Origin: Eimeria praecox
Lineage: Eukaryota
Direction of reading: 5' to 3'
DNA: 64,000 bases
Assembly (NCBI GenBank): GCA_963920595.1
Contig: OY986950.1
Coordinates: 4,960,001 to 5,024,000 of the forward strand
This document shows, piece by piece, positions 1-15,000 of this stretch. Position numbers and translations under genes: made by a program. Positions within the stretch are counted from its first letter, which is position 1; each line of letters opens with the position of its first letter. Below the pieces are notes generated by a model, which was given only the letters and a program-made list of their open reading frames with translations, was not told where the DNA came from and ran no database searches.

Positions 1-3000
1 TTGAGCTGAGAACACGCCTGAAGAACGAAAAGGATTTGGCTGTGTGAGTAGGTTCGTTTCTCGCGGTGCGCGATGGCCGTGATCCGTAAACCCGCTGGGC
101 GTTTGGCGAGCTGCAGGATGTGGGAAAAAGGGGACGCACGCATAAAGACTAGCACTCGTGGCCGATTTAACACTAGCCACTGCGGCTTCAGGGCTGTTGC
201 AATTTTTGCAACAGCAAACTCGAATCCGGGATGTTAAGCTGCTCTGTGGGGTGTGCTTTGTCCAGTTGTTCCTACACGCAGCGCAGCCTCAGCGAATATC
301 ATTAGGCAAAGGAGCAGGAACCAGCTACTCGCGACACCGCGTAACGATGCAGTGGCTAATCAGTCGATGGACCACTTTGCCAGGCCTGCAGAGACGGAGC
401 TGACCAGTCCCATTTCTTGTCCAGCTGAACATATTGGCTCATCGGCTACTCACTGACTGTTCGCGAACGCCATTTCGACGCGTGCTATTTGAATAAAGCA
501 CGCTCATTCCTGCTGAACGTTCTCTTGAGTTTTCTCTTGTGCAAAGAAGAAGCTCTTTTGAAAGCTGATGCTGTTCGGTCGTTTTGCTCTTTCAACGCAT
601 TGAGAAGGCGTGCGTTGGCCTTGCCAGTGCTGCTGCCCGATATTGATGAATGCACCCAATACCATGATTTACGGAGAAAAGTCAGAGGCAACAGCTTCTC
701 AAGCATAGTTGTAGCCATCGTGTCTCCAGGCCAGAGTTGCCTTTGGTGAGGCAATGTGCTCACTGTCCCTGCGATTGGAATTATATTTTGGATTTCTTGG
801 CGAGCCTTTCCGAAGTCGGTGTGTTGCGCATTGGCTAATATAAAAGGTTACACAACTGTATGCGATGCGCCTCACAACTTTGCAGGTATCAAACAATCAT
901 TAGGCAGAGTAAATACTGACATACCCAGCATAAGGCATCGTCAAGCGGCGGCGGCACACTAGCACCGGTAATAACACTCATTCGTTAGTAAATAAGAACG
1001 CAATGGTAATGCTCCTTATGGAGAATCAGAAGTATGTCTAGCAGAAGCATGTCACAGCAGGTTCACGGCTTGCATGCCTTGGCTTGCGCAGGAGTGATCT
1101 GATGCCTGCCAACGGACGTGATTCCTTGGGGTTTTAGAGACAAAGTGCGCAGCTTCGGCAGTTGTGGGGACCTCCACAAGTTCTGAGTAGTGTGCTGGAT
1201 TTTACGTGCAGTGTATGGTGATGCAGGAAAGTGGACAAAGCTGTCCTTTGTATTCAGCATACTCCAGAGACAGCTTCGCAGGCCTGTGAGGCTGAGGTGT
1301 CAACGTCCGCAGTGCTTGTTGGATCTCCATAAATATCACTGCGCTGCTTTTCTCAACATTCAAGGATGCTGCTTGCTTCATGGTAATTCATTGTTACTTT
1401 GTGGCTGAATATTTATCGCCTATGGCCTTAAATTTCCGAGACAGGCACGCCTTGCGATGCAATCCAGGAAGTACACAATGCTTTTCATGGCTTTAAGCAT
1501 GGTCCTCCATCAATTATGCTTGAAGCAGGGGCTTTACGCGTGAAACACGGTTCAGTATGTCTTTGTAACGTTGGCATAGGGGGCGCGCAGCTTTGGAATT
1601 TCTGTTCTCTGTGTTTTCTTCCTAGGCAGTGGTGATATCGGCAACTGGCAAGCGGCCGGACTTAAATAGCCAGCAAGAAGCTGAGAGGGTTTTTACTTCT
1701 TTCATTCTGAAGCAGGGTGCTACTCCCCTGCGATGAGGCGCAATATTGTACATATGAGCAACTCTTTTAGGTGCCTGTATGTTGCACACTAGTGTCATAG
1801 GGTACTGCATGTCGCCAGTTGCCTGCCAAATGTTAAGAATCTTGGAGTCTGCAAGCATGCAGTGGAAGCTGCTTGGGACGGCCTGGCATCTGCCCATCTT
1901 CCCAGTATGGTGCCATGAGTGGCATTTGCTATTCTTACTAGTCCCTCTAATTTGTATAACTTCCATTTGAACTTCTTGGTGGCGTTGTTTATTTGCTCAT
2001 CCTGTTCATGTTGTGCCAGCATCGTAGAAGCGCTTTGCCTTCAAGTCAGCGTTCCAGCGCTAAGTGCCCAGAGTTGTGACATGTTGCTTGCCTCGCACAG
2101 GAGCAAGGGGCCTGCGTATCTTTGGGCTTAATGCAAAGTACATGAAAATGCTGTATTTATTTATGTCGCGCGTTGCACATGACGTTTTTTTCACCTCGCA
2201 TGCTGTTGTTGATTTGGTAGGCATCTGGCAGACCTCGCAAGGTGCATCCCGTTCGACGATGGATCAGCAAGTGCGCTGGCCCACATAGAAACAAGGATAT
2301 GCTGCTGGTAGTCGGCGCCAACGAAGCTGGACTGCGCCTCGGCTTACCTTCGTTGATTGTGTTAATTGCGAGACTGCCGAAGTCAACGCAGCATTCTCTC
2401 CATTATCTTCGATTTGATCAGGTGCAGCGGATCTTGTCCTAGTGGCAGGGTCACTGTCAGTGTTTAATTCGGTCGAGCAGGCAAGTCTTATTGTTTATTC
2501 TATGGCAGTACAGCGACAATCCCACATCTGCAATGGTGGCGCAAGCTCCATAGAGTTGCCTTTAGCTGGCCACTTGCAATGAAGAGGCCACGCAGATTTT
2601 TAGCAGTGAATTTACGTTGCTGAGGACAAATCTGGGTGCACCCTTCCTGCTACGCTCGCTCTTACCATCGGCCTGAGTCCCCCTACAATGCGACGTTTTG
2701 GGGGCGAGCATATGGCAGCTTTCGTGACCTTGGACTTGCGAGTGGGAAGCAATAACAGGTAGTACACTTCTCGCCTAGCATCGTTCGAGTATTTTGGATA
2801 CAGAAGTGTGCCGGGATCAAGATGCTCATGCGATAGCTTTGTTGTGCATGGAACGCCTTTCCTGTGCAGAATCGTGGATATTTTTCTCTGGTTTATGTGC
2901 ATGCACTATCTTCCCAGTGGTTTAGCAGCAACGGCTGCAGACTATTAGGTTAGGCGAGCTGTATTTTCTATACTGCAAAGGAAATGGAAAACCCACTTGT

Positions 3001-6000
3001 GTTAGACGTGAAGCCTACTACCGGAGGTTGGCTCTCAAATGCGTCAGAGGGTGCGATAGTACACAGTTCAACAGCACTTCATTGCTAACAGGCTAATGTG
3101 GAGCAGCGCAAACGCTGGTCACAGTCTTTAAAGCGGATGATCGATTGTATGGACTAGTAGAGGTTTTCTTGCTGTCTTCAGCTATCGCTGCTATAGCTGG
3201 CACGTGTAGCTATCCACGCTTATCATCTGCGCGGCATTGCTTCGCTTGTTGAGGTATGCTCCACGACATGAGGATCGGGTTAACTGCCGTTGCAGGGAAG
3301 AATCCGGCTTGCACTGCGGGTCTGTCAAAGAAGGTTGAGCAGTGTGTGCATGTGGGCAACAGGGCTTGTACTTTTTGTTATGCTTTCCCCGTCACCAAAG
3401 AAGCGCGTCACCCACGCCGATCAGACAATTTCGACGATTATAGGTACTGGTGGATACGCCATTTGGGAGTTCTGTTTCGGGCAAGGGTGGAGGTAATGAG
3501 TGCTGCCAACCACCGAATAGCGTTGCGTCGAGCTCTTGAATGTCGAGAGTAGGACCCTGCTCGAGAGGTGTGCGTTTCCGTGGCTTGTAAGATTGTAAGA
3601 TGGGGAGAAGCGAGATGCCTCTGCACCTGCAAAAGCAGCATAAGCGAGCACCGATTGCATCTATAGGGTTCCCTCCCTTTCGCGGTAGGCAGTGTGATGC
3701 AACTGTCGTGGCTTCGTTTTTGTTTCCTTACAGCATACAGGAGCTAGCGTACGTGCCAGAGCTATCCAGTTGTGCCATAAGAGTGCCGCGGAATGTGGGG
3801 TGTATAGCCGCGGCAACAGCGACATCGGAGTTTAGGGTTCCCTTGTGAAGGCAGTACCTCGTGGCTACTAAGGTGCGTACCGTCCACCATCAATTTTGCT
3901 AAGCAAAGCAACGATCAAAGCGCAGTTCTCTAGGACCAGGAGGCAGTTGTCGAATTCGGCAATTTGCACCTTTAAGACAGTAAGAGTTTTAGCCGTAAAA
4001 AAATGGAATGGCTGTGCAGGTATGTACTGGCAAGGCGCTCTATTAGAGTGAAGAGGCGTTTTAAATTAAACAGGATTTAAGGCAACTCTGCTTAACGCTG
4101 CCCTCAGATTATTGAATGCAGGCAGTACGCGCATTGCCGTTTGCCACGCATGCAGTGCAAGGCTTAGCAAGCGACGCGAAGACACATCCATTGATTTTAT
4201 TGAACTTAAACGTAGAGCCGCTGGGTGTGTATTCGCTTTGCGCCCTGTGCCTCCTGCATGAAATAGCATTTTTTGGCAGAAGCTGTGCAATATGAGAGAA
4301 TGGCAAATATCTTTGTGAGGCGATAAGTATATAGTTCGGGGATATTGCTGTTGAATCATATTACTCCCCCGGTTTAGGCAATGTCTCCTAAATACGTTTA
4401 GGGGCTTTCTTCAGTCCTCACTGGCCCCTACGATTATGATCCATAAGCGGAGCACCGCTCTGTACAGAGGCAACTCACCTTCAGCGTGTGCAAACACTAA
4501 GAGCAGCACAAAACGCGTACATATACCAGCCTAGAGCTGCGATTTGGTCTATTCCAGTGCAAATTAGTTATAGATGGCACCTTAGCTAGTACGCTGGCCT
4601 GGATTTATGGGGCGCATTGCAAAGCCATATAGCGTGGGGTACAAAGACGCCATCGGCCTTTAAGGGAAAAAGTTCATTTGCGTCGTGGGCGCTGACAGTG
4701 CTGGGGTAGTTGTGCACACCGTGGACCGCTGAAGGTGCATGGCTCGTCGAGTGAATATCGGATAAAATCATGAAGTTGTTGCGTGAGCGTTCGTGTGGCT
4801 TTGAACAGGCAAGATGCCACCAGTAAAAATCCACTTTTGGGGTCTTGCCGAATGCTGCAGAGGCCTTGGGCTGTTGCGGGTAAATGGAAATAAACCATTA
4901 GTTCCCACAGCCTGCTATAAACTAGGTAGTCTTCGCTTTACTCCAAAAAGCATTCGCTGAGTCCAGTGTACTTTTGGTCTGCACTTTTCTTGAAATTCAG
5001 ATGTACAAAGTGATACTGCGTCGTGACCTTAGAAATGCGCAGAGCACTGAAAGCAAATCAAATTATCGTTATGGGTCCGCATGGCAAAGCGAGTAAGCCA
5101 GTGATGCACCGCTTGCAGGGTGTAAATAATGAAATGAAAATGGGGTTCCACGCCACTCTTACAGCGGCAAACCGCAATGCCTTTGAAGTTTTGCCGGTGG
5201 TTATTCTCTTATGCTGGCATGGCATACACTTTTCTCCCTAGCTCCAAAATGCACGTGGCTCTGTTGCAACAGAAAGTGAGCGGAGTTGCCACTCTTCATA
5301 GGAAAATGCATACGATACGCCTGCTTGACCGATGATAGGTCGGCCTAGTTTAGGGGAGACAGCGCGTGCACATGTGAGGCTTCAGTGTATTGCAAAGGTC
5401 TGTTAACCACGAAAGCTTATCGAGGCCTGTAATTCCCAATAAGCTGCTTGCCTTTCTTCCCTGCTGTTGATGTAGAGCAGAACTTTGAGACGTTCAAGAA
5501 CAGGAAGAGGATTCCCCTTATGGTGTGCATTCCGTTTAAGGCAACCGTAGCAGATTGGCTTTAAAACGATACTACTTAAGCGACTGCATCCAGACAGCAC
5601 TGCGGGATGGCTTCAGTGTGGTATCAATGCTGTAAATCTTGTCTGAGTGCTGTGCTGAAAGCTTTGATCGTTCCACGCCATGTTCGGGATGCATTTGAAC
5701 AGGCTGTGCCATGTTCCAGTAATCCATCACAAAATAGGTTGTAAAGACGCACTAGTGGCAGATAGCTTCTATGCAAAATCACCTAAAGAAGCTCGGGCGT
5801 TCCCTCTTCATATCGATAATGCATGACAATTCGCAGGAAGTCAGTACCTTGGTGGGCTGAAGAACCAAAGAACTGCGGGGCTTTATTTGTCTTGCTCAGG
5901 TCACCCTTCTGCATAGAATGCTGCCTGGGAAGCTAGGGCTTTGCACTAACCTAGAACTTCCGTGTAGCTGCAGACATTTCCCAAATTTTCGTATTTCTTA

Positions 6001-9000
6001 TAGTTGTGTGGGGGTTTTGTGAAAATGTCACGTTTTGGTGAAAGCCAAAGAAAATGGGGGGCTCGGAGCCTCTTTACCTCACATTATATTAGTGTAGTGA
6101 GTGGTTTTGGAGCCGTGCTTCATGTGTACTCCAGGGTTATAGCGATAGGCCAGAGCCACTCAGGGGAATTCTTTGTGACGGCAGTCGCTGACCACACTCC
6201 AGGAAGCGCAAAATGTGGTGGACTCATTCTGGCACAAGACACGGGATGTTATTTTGCAGGCCAGCTCGTCTGATAAACCTTTTCCAAGTGGTAGCAGAAC
6301 ATGCGCCCCTCACTCTATCTAGTTTCGACTATGGCCTGACACACTGTCTTTTGAACGGTTATTGGCTTGAATCCGTCCCTCACACACAGCACAGTTGCTT
6401 CGTCTCCACAGTGCGTACGCCTTCAGTAGTTTTCTTGTTTTCCGCATCAGCAGTTGTCTTATCCTTTAAGAAGTGCTGAAGAGTCTTCAAGAACTGTGCG
6501 AGTGGGTGCAACATTATACCTGTCCTCTTGAAGGCAGTGAAGGCGCCTAACTGCTCAAGCTTACATCTAGGGGTTGCACGACTGTTCGTGCCACACGCAT
6601 TTTGCGTCGGTGCCTCAACACCTAGAACTACTTTATAGTTGCTGTATAGAGACTATGGCGGTGTAGAAAGTAGGTCAACAGCTCATGGCTTACGCAACGC
6701 ATTTGTTTGAATGGTATGTGCTGCCGTTTCTCCCCAATTTTGAGCGCACAATCCATCCGACCTCTTGCGCTCATGGGTTAGAGCATTGTGATCTATCAGG
6801 TGTAACTCTATTAATAAACGTATTGGATGCCTAATATAATCCTTTTAGACCTTCCGTTTTCAGTGAGTGAACATCGGGGGCAAAAATAAGGAGCACGAGC
6901 GAGCGCTTTCATCTTGCTTCATGCATATTCAGAATGCCGCAGTACTAGATGCCGTAGTGCTTTCGAGCTACAATATGTTCAGGAAACAAGCGGGAGACCT
7001 GCCAAAGACGCTATGCTGCACTCCTATATACAGGAGAGGCATCCGCTACCAGCTTTCCCGCTCTAACAAGGTAATAGCACTCCTTCTGTCCAAGATGACG
7101 CCTCACAATTCCTCTCTTTTGTTTACAGTCTGTGCGATTCAAGCAGCATGCATTCCTGGTGTATAGGTGACGCCTCCGTCTGGGTAGCGAATGCAGTTAC
7201 GCAAGCGCTGGCTTATAATGACACTGCCACGTGTGAGGCCTCACGAAATGCTTCCGCCTCCAAACTGTACTGCCGCCCATCTCGTGCGCTAGTGCCTACC
7301 CACGCATCCAGGACACGGCGTCAGTGTAGATAATACAAACGTTGGCAGTGGTTCTTTGAGGTGGATGCAGGTGCACGCTAGGCATTGACGGCATTACGAG
7401 GGGAGCACCAAGACTAAGTCTGGGCCTTTTATGCAGTCACAAGAACGTTAACGCAGCGTATTCAGGCAGAGCAACTAGATGCCTACTAGCTAACTTGCTT
7501 GTCAGCTAGACATCTCCTCCACAAAATCTGGCAGCGCCTTCTTGAGCGGAGCGAGGAAATGGAGATATCACGTTTTGTCTCCCGCTTCCGCAGGAAGTGG
7601 GTACTGGACAATATATCTTTCTTGTCAGTTCTTATGCCCTAAAGCAGGCTTTCACCTGCGTCTAAGACTTGCAGCGCCGATGGCAGTACTTCCAGAAAGC
7701 CATAAGCAGTCTGTTCCCCTAAGGAACCTGATTTCAACATTCAGCACTTTCCTGAGGAGTGCGAATTCAAGTCTTTATGAAGTCCGGTTGAGCTCAGTAG
7801 CTCGAAAGTGCGGCAAGCGAATCTGTCGCCGAATGCATGCCTTGATGCTTCTTGGATTTCCACCCAACCAGGCTCATCAAGCGCTGTTGCGGTAAGACCT
7901 TCCCTAGACACGCTTAGTATATTTGAAAAGCCAAGGTGAAACTGGACGAGGAGCATCAATGCACAAGGCAAGCCCTTTTCCTTATGGACATCTTTTTGCT
8001 TAGTTGCAGCCAACTAGGCAGCGAGCTGCTGTGGTGTTGCTTCTTGAACGATAATCCTTGCGTCTGCTTCTAGTAGCCGGATAGGCTTTCTCACAGCGGC
8101 TAACCCCCTCTGGACATTCTCATCAGGAAGTATGTTTGCAACGGGCAGGTTGCGTTGACGCTGATTGGTGTCAGGTGCTAATCTTCCCCGAACTTGCTTG
8201 GATGTACACCTACAGTGTAGCGCCTGAATCGAAAGTATGCTGGAACGACGGATCAGTATAGTACCGTTTGTTAAAAGATGCAAACAAGCAGGGGTTAAAG
8301 AAGTTCGTCGTTATCTGTGGCAAGTCTACAAACCTCCAAGCAGCAAAGCGAATAATGCCTCAGCAGCATTTTCATTAGTCTTCATATGCATGAAACTGGT
8401 GTGGCAATGGTAAGCACGCTGTTGATTTCGGAGCCAATAGACCGAGAAGGCGTAAACGAGTAATTCGCCTGCTCAGCGTCTATGTATCCATTATATCATG
8501 GCCCCTGCTTGCCATGAAAGTGGTCGCATCTTGCGTTGCGGTTACGCGTGCGTGCGAAAATCAGCTGGCATGCGTCTTAAATCACAGAGGAAACGTGCGC
8601 GCGCTCGTTGCATTGCTAGCTGTCAAAGCGACCTTAAAAGCCACAATGTGCATGGAGCTGTTGGGTGGCCAAAATTTATTGCCGAAGCTAAACGCATTCA
8701 CGTGAGTACCAACGGTTGCAAACTTGGAGCTCCGCTGCTTCTGCAGGTTTTAGGTGCTTAACGTCCTTTTCTTGGCGATACCCAGGAGGTTAGTTCCACC
8801 CGGCGGCTCCCTTCTAGAGGCAAGTCCTGCATGTGCTCAAGGCAGTTACCTTGTATACAACATAAACGCTGAGCTTGCTTGCTGGTATGTGACAACATAT
8901 GTGGCATATTCCTTTCTTCGGAAAGGCTGTCTATACAATGCCATAATTCTCCGTGCAGTCGTGATAGCACATTTTTATTGCATTCAGGTTCACTTTAGGG

Positions 9001-12000
9001 AGCGGCTGACGCAGCTGCATATTCACCACAGCCTCGAAAGGGCGAAAAAAAGAATAAAATGGGTAGCTTGGCCATGGGCGTTCCTTTAACAGCTCCACCT
9101 TGTCAATTCGGTCAGGAAGAACGACAGGCAGCCTGGCAGTGACGAGTGAACTCGGCCTTTTTGCCGCATCCACGTTGGCGACAGCGTTACATTTGCTGTT
9201 GAGGCACTTAGGCCTCGCTACTGCACACACAGTTTTTATCGTTCGTGGAATACACACTGGAGATACTGTGTCAAGCAACTGGTGCTGGTTCAATAGCTTA
9301 TATGGGATATGTGGTGTTCATGCGGACGTAGGTTTTGGTAGCTTCCTACAAATTGCCACAAGACTAGCGTGTCGGATTGGTAGCTGCTTGTGGTTCACGG
9401 CAGGCACCCTAGTTGGTCCTGTCCAGAGGGTGGGGGAATGCGAGGTGTGTCAGCATCTGGCGTTGCCAGATTGGGCGTTGCGCTCATACCTCTCTTTTAC
9501 CTCGGCAGGTCGGTACCCCAGTGGTGTTTTTCAGCTGGTGCGCTGCAACTGGTGACTTCCTAGTGGTGATAAAGGCACGCTGTGCTGTGGTGACATCATG
9601 TCAGTGTACTTCCATGTATGAACATTTCTGTGCAGCATAACGGGGCACATGCACATGACTTCAAAGTTACAGAGGCTAGTTCCAGCCATTGCAGCTTGCG
9701 CCACGCATGTCCAGTATTGTCTACTGTCGAGTGCATCTCACAAGGAGCAAAAGTCTACGACTGCCTTGAGACTGCCTCATGTTCGTTTTCTTCATACAAG
9801 TCGGCATACACTAGAGCGGGTGCATTGCTTGCTTGTGCACTATGCAGAAGGGAGAAACCTGCGCATGAGCAGCCGCCTTAGTAAGAACAAAGGAATCGTG
9901 GATTACCTTGCTTCTCATCATAATCTGATTGCGCCAATGCCTGTCTGTTAGCGCTTTAGGAAGACCTTAGTTGTATAGCATTTTCTATGTCAACATTACT
10001 GTAGGCAGTGCGTTACGCGAATACACAATATTGGGTGTCTCGCGCAAGCCTACTGCTTCTCCGGCGCAGCTATGGCTGCAGCAAGAATGTCAGGTTGAGC
10101 TTGTATCCGCCCTCAACTAATTTGCTATTGCCATTAGGTTGGAAAATTGCACTTGGAGGATGCCATGCACAAACTCCCAGCACGTGATGCCACCGGAACT
10201 CCATTAAAGGCTTCCAGTCATTCATGCGTCGTTCAGGTGAACTTCGCCGCTTAAATTGCACTTCCACTGTAATACAGAGCCAAGCAGGAAGCTATGAATA
10301 TTCGTCCTATTGTTGTGCAGCATGATGCGGCGATCACCATGTGGGCAAAAGCAGCGCTTGTGTGATTGGTGAGCCCGTTCCCTCCAAACCCCTCAAATGG
10401 GAGTGCCTAAACTTTGAAATATCAGAAGTGCATCTGAGCGTAGGGAGATACTGCCATCGTCACGGCACGTGAAGAAACGCAGTCAAATGTGCTTCCCGCC
10501 ACAGGTGCAAACGCTGCATAAAGCACGTGGCCGAGCACAAGCCGATGTCTTGAATGTATGCGAGAATCCGATTCAGCGTGCAGTTCAGGTGAAGCCGCTG
10601 CCCGATGCTCAAACTAAAGCTCAATGCTTCTTAGCGAGTGCGCTACTGATCATTAAACTGGGCGTGAACGCACTGATCGAGGGGCAGAAGTGAGCACATT
10701 TCGGCTTATTCGCTACGCATGGCGCAGCCATACCGTCTGGTCTAGTTCTCGTAGTTCGTAGAGGCTGGGGAGAGGCTGTTTATTTATTATAGAGACGCAC
10801 GTTCAGTTCGAAGGTGCGACGCGGTTCCGCCGTGTAGGAGTTTGTTGTTATCAATGCGCTTCGGCGGCGTAGCTGCATTAGTTCAATAATCACTCCGATA
10901 AGCTACAAAGGAGTCGTTCTGCAGCGTCTGCTATCTCCATATTACTTGCCAGTATAGCAGAATCGCCTGCTACAGAGAGTAGGATAATTTTGCCTTAATG
11001 TTCGTAGCGGTGCACGCTTGCACTGTTTCAGTCCTGGGCAGAACTGTTAATAAAATATGCAAGGTACAGTGGCTTTACAACCTCAGAGCAGGAGACCGCA
11101 GTACCGAACAGTTAATTTCCTCGGGTGTAAGCTACGAGGCAAATGCTGGTTTACTACGCTGTGCTGCTCTTTGCTGCTCTCCATTTAGATAATGAAATCG
11201 ATGAGGCTGCTTACTTGCTTTCTTTCAGGGCGCACGCGGATCCTGGTTCCGATTCGCTTGGGATTCAACAGACGAGCTTAACTCCGTGAGGAGCTGGCGG
11301 GATGTTTTTAGTGCGGCAGTGCGCAAACGTCACGATTGACCACATGAGCCTTCGCTTTTGAGCTCGCATAAATCCCGGTGAAGCGAGTTCACGGCTGCCT
11401 GCATCTAGGAGTGCGCAGCATGAGCCTGCACCTTCTGCCTTTTTAAAGTAACAACCAATTTCCGTATGACGTGCTTTGCGCTTCAGGTGCCGATATAGCC
11501 TATAGCATCCCATCTACTGAATCAAAATGCATCTACAGAATCACAATGCTTGGCACCAACTGCTCCTCGGTAGGTTTGGGCACCCTGTATGGCATCCCCA
11601 ATTATAAAACCATGAATGTCTTTTGAGAACAGTTGGAGGGACAGAACACTTCCGATTTAGTCTCCTCGGTGCGGGCGAGGCAACCCATCATTACATGTAT
11701 GGCACCTACTGCGTTCCAGCTAGTAGGTTACTGGCCATAAGAAATAATGGTGCTAGGCAACTCCTTGTCCGACAGGTTTGCCTTTTTCTGCCTATAAATT
11801 GGCAGAAATGCGCTATACGTATCTACAAGATCTACAATGATTAGCATTAGGCGCACATCGGTATACACTTCCTTCTGTTATGAGCAAATACTGTCTTTGG
11901 AGATCACGGTTTGTCTGGTTTAGGCGTTTCGCCGAACACGGATATCTACACCCAATTCTGGCAATGCGCAAACACTAGGCGCACTGCCGTATACACTTTG

Positions 12001-15000
12001 GCCAGTGTCTTGATAGCGAATTGCAAGAGCAGCCCTATGCATGAGCGTGAAGACTCTGCTGCTCTCCTTGGGGGCCTGAAAAAAAAACCTTTCCCTCAAA
12101 ACTGGAACACCTGTTGCACTGAAGTTGGTGTGTGATATGACGCTGTTGACGGTGTTTCCCCAATAACCAAGGACCAAGCATATGGGGCTGTTGCCAGGGC
12201 TGCCCTAAGCCATAACATGCTGCGCTTGCTTGGCCATAAGCTTTTCTCTCTATTCAGTGCACTGAGGTTCGCCGACAGGAGACAGTCTAAGGCTACGCAG
12301 TGCCCCTCCTCAGCTCCCACTTTCCTGCCATTGGGCGATTGAGTGTATTCATCTGCACAGGTTGGCATTTATTCATCATGAGCATGCCAGCCTTCCGGAA
12401 ATTGAGTTGCTTTGGCTGTTAGCAGCACGCGAACTCGAATAGCCAGTGCGCGCCTGCCAAAAATAACCAATGCATGCTTCTGTGGCCCAATGACAGGAGT
12501 AGGACAGATAAATGCCTGCTCATAATGTTATTCGGATTTGCTTCTCCTCCCGTGTTGGAGCTTTCATGCTCGGTATCTCATATTAGATCTGCACCTGACG
12601 CCTTCGAAAAGCGATGCATGCTAGGCACAAGACTGTGATACACACGTTTCCTGATATTTTACTTTCATTTAACGCCTTTAAGTTAAAGCCTAGCTTGCAT
12701 GAGACTTTTGAGGGTACCAGAATGCTCCTTAAGGTTAAACCCAGCAAGCTGTCTGCCCGACGCTGGGTTGCACACGCCACCACCCTGGTTTAAGAAACCA
12801 TGGCTGTCCAGAATGCCTGATGGCCACCAAGCGATGGTACTTGGATCGGGAGGGATAAATACTTCCTACTGACGATGTTGCTTATGCGTCGCTCCTCATT
12901 TTGAAGTATATCTGCCTTGTCAGTAGAGGCTATGCTATCTGGGATTGATCAAGGCTAAGCTCATGCGCAAGAGTGCAGAACCTTGTGCTTTGCGATCTAG
13001 ATGCGTGCAAGCGTTTTGCTTTAGAAGCAGGGCTGTTGTGAATGCATTCACCCTGGACCGTTATGGTCTATATTCACAAGCTAATGGCTTCTGCCTCCAG
13101 CATATTATCTCGACCCCTCACCTAGACTGTGCGACAGCGTTAAGATGATGATGCTTGCACCCCTTGGCAGGCAGATCGTTGAAATTGTTTTTAACATTAA
13201 TTCGACTTCCGGATTAAGTACCTTGTAGGGCGTTGTGCACAGTCTGGAGCTGCTTAGGCTGATTATATCTGTCCTCTGTTTTCGTTAGGTTACCTTAGAC
13301 TTTTCGCCTACTTCAGAATGGAGAAGCGCGGACTAGGTGTGGTTGACTTATTTTCAAGATTTGATTCTGCAGCGACACAGGGTTTAGGTACATAGAACAT
13401 AGCAGGGGTACCAAATGAGACGATCGTGCATACAAATGCTTGTACGCCAGCATTCGTGAGTAGTGTGTCTTTTTCATCAGCGCTACACCTGCATGCTCAG
13501 GCAGAAACTGAAGTCAGTGGTGCAGCGTGAGCTTCGAAGCAAGCTGTGTCACCAGTTGGTGCGTGCCTGACGCTTTTGGACCAATGAATAGAGTTACAAG
13601 GGAATGCAGACTGGCACGTGCACCTGCCTAAACCTCTTCTTTGTAGGCATAGGCATATCCGTTCAGCATTGCAGCAGCGTGAGACAAGCTGGAATGAAAG
13701 TAGTGCTGCGTTAGCAGTTGCTGCAAACATAGATACTGGTTCACGCTTCTGAGCATCAGTAGAAGGATGCTTCGTGGTTTTGCGGCTTGTAGGTTAGCTT
13801 AAGCGAAGTCTGCATTAGAACAGTGCTACACTTCAACGCATTCATGGCAACCCTAAGGCTCTGTTAACGCCAATAGCATGGTTTCCGCCAGATCTTTGTA
13901 TTCGCAAGTAACTGGAGAAACTACAGCTCCCACTATTTCATATTTTGTTCTCATTCGTTAATGAGTTCGCCTAATTCTTCGGCAGCATGCCGCTTGCGGG
14001 ACTGGCTGCTTGTGTATTTTTGGAGCAGGTCGTACGCCTTCCTATTGCTTTGCAGTGTGCATGATACACAGCCTCCTTCCTCTGTATTTAACTAATACAG
14101 GGGGCTTCTAAAGGGCGTATACACATGGATGGTAACAAGCAGGGCCACCTCTGACTGAAGTTCTGGTTCAAAAAAATACTCCTGCACGATAGAATGGGAT
14201 TCCTACAAGGTGGCTCAACAAGTGGGCAATTTACCGCACAGTGGCACTTGCTGTGCTTGCTTATTTTTGCCCGTGGCTGGGCAACCGCTGAAGAACTTCA
14301 TTAAAATGAGCAACAGTGTGGAAACGTGAATGCAAATTCGTTTCTGCATTCTGTTGCTCGCATTTTGCCTCTGGTGGCACTCAGAGAGGATCTTACCACA
14401 GGAGTCTTGGGTCTGGATGCGAATTCATCCTGTACACGGGGCGCTTCGTCGATCTCAGGTGTCGCAGCCCGTGTGACCTTTTAACACAACCTAGGAACCT
14501 AGAGAATAACGAGATGACCGAACATCTTACGAGACGGAAGTTCTTCAAAAAGCCCCATGCCCCTTTTTGAACCGTCGTGAACACTCCGTCTGAATGGCGG
14601 AAATTCTGCCACTGCCCTAATGAAGCATTCGGCATGGAGTAGCGGCTTACCCCTGCAGTGAGCATTCATTTGCAGTCGTTGCATCTGCATCATAATCTTC
14701 AGTTGGGCGTCCCTACATAAGGTTTCTTTGTTCTAGCCGGTATGTGGAAGACCCACCAGCCTTGGATGCTCACTGGCCTTGCACAAATGAAGGCGAGCGG
14801 CAAGGGGTCGCTTGCTTAGCTAGTATCACCCGTTCATTAGAAGCCTTGCATAAATGGTTGGGAAATACGTCCTGTTTACTGGGGCACCAGGTGGGGTAGG
14901 TGGCACCGCTCAAACTAGAATTTCCTTGAGGGCTATACCACAGCAAGGGTGTCTTGGGGCTGCCGAACCCTCTTTTACCTGTACGCTAGCGGCTTTCCGA

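Noticed and set aside
3831..3839. TTTAGGG telomere-like heptamers (here and scattered elsewhere)
   Set aside because: They occur as isolated single copies, as expected by chance; there is no tandem array.
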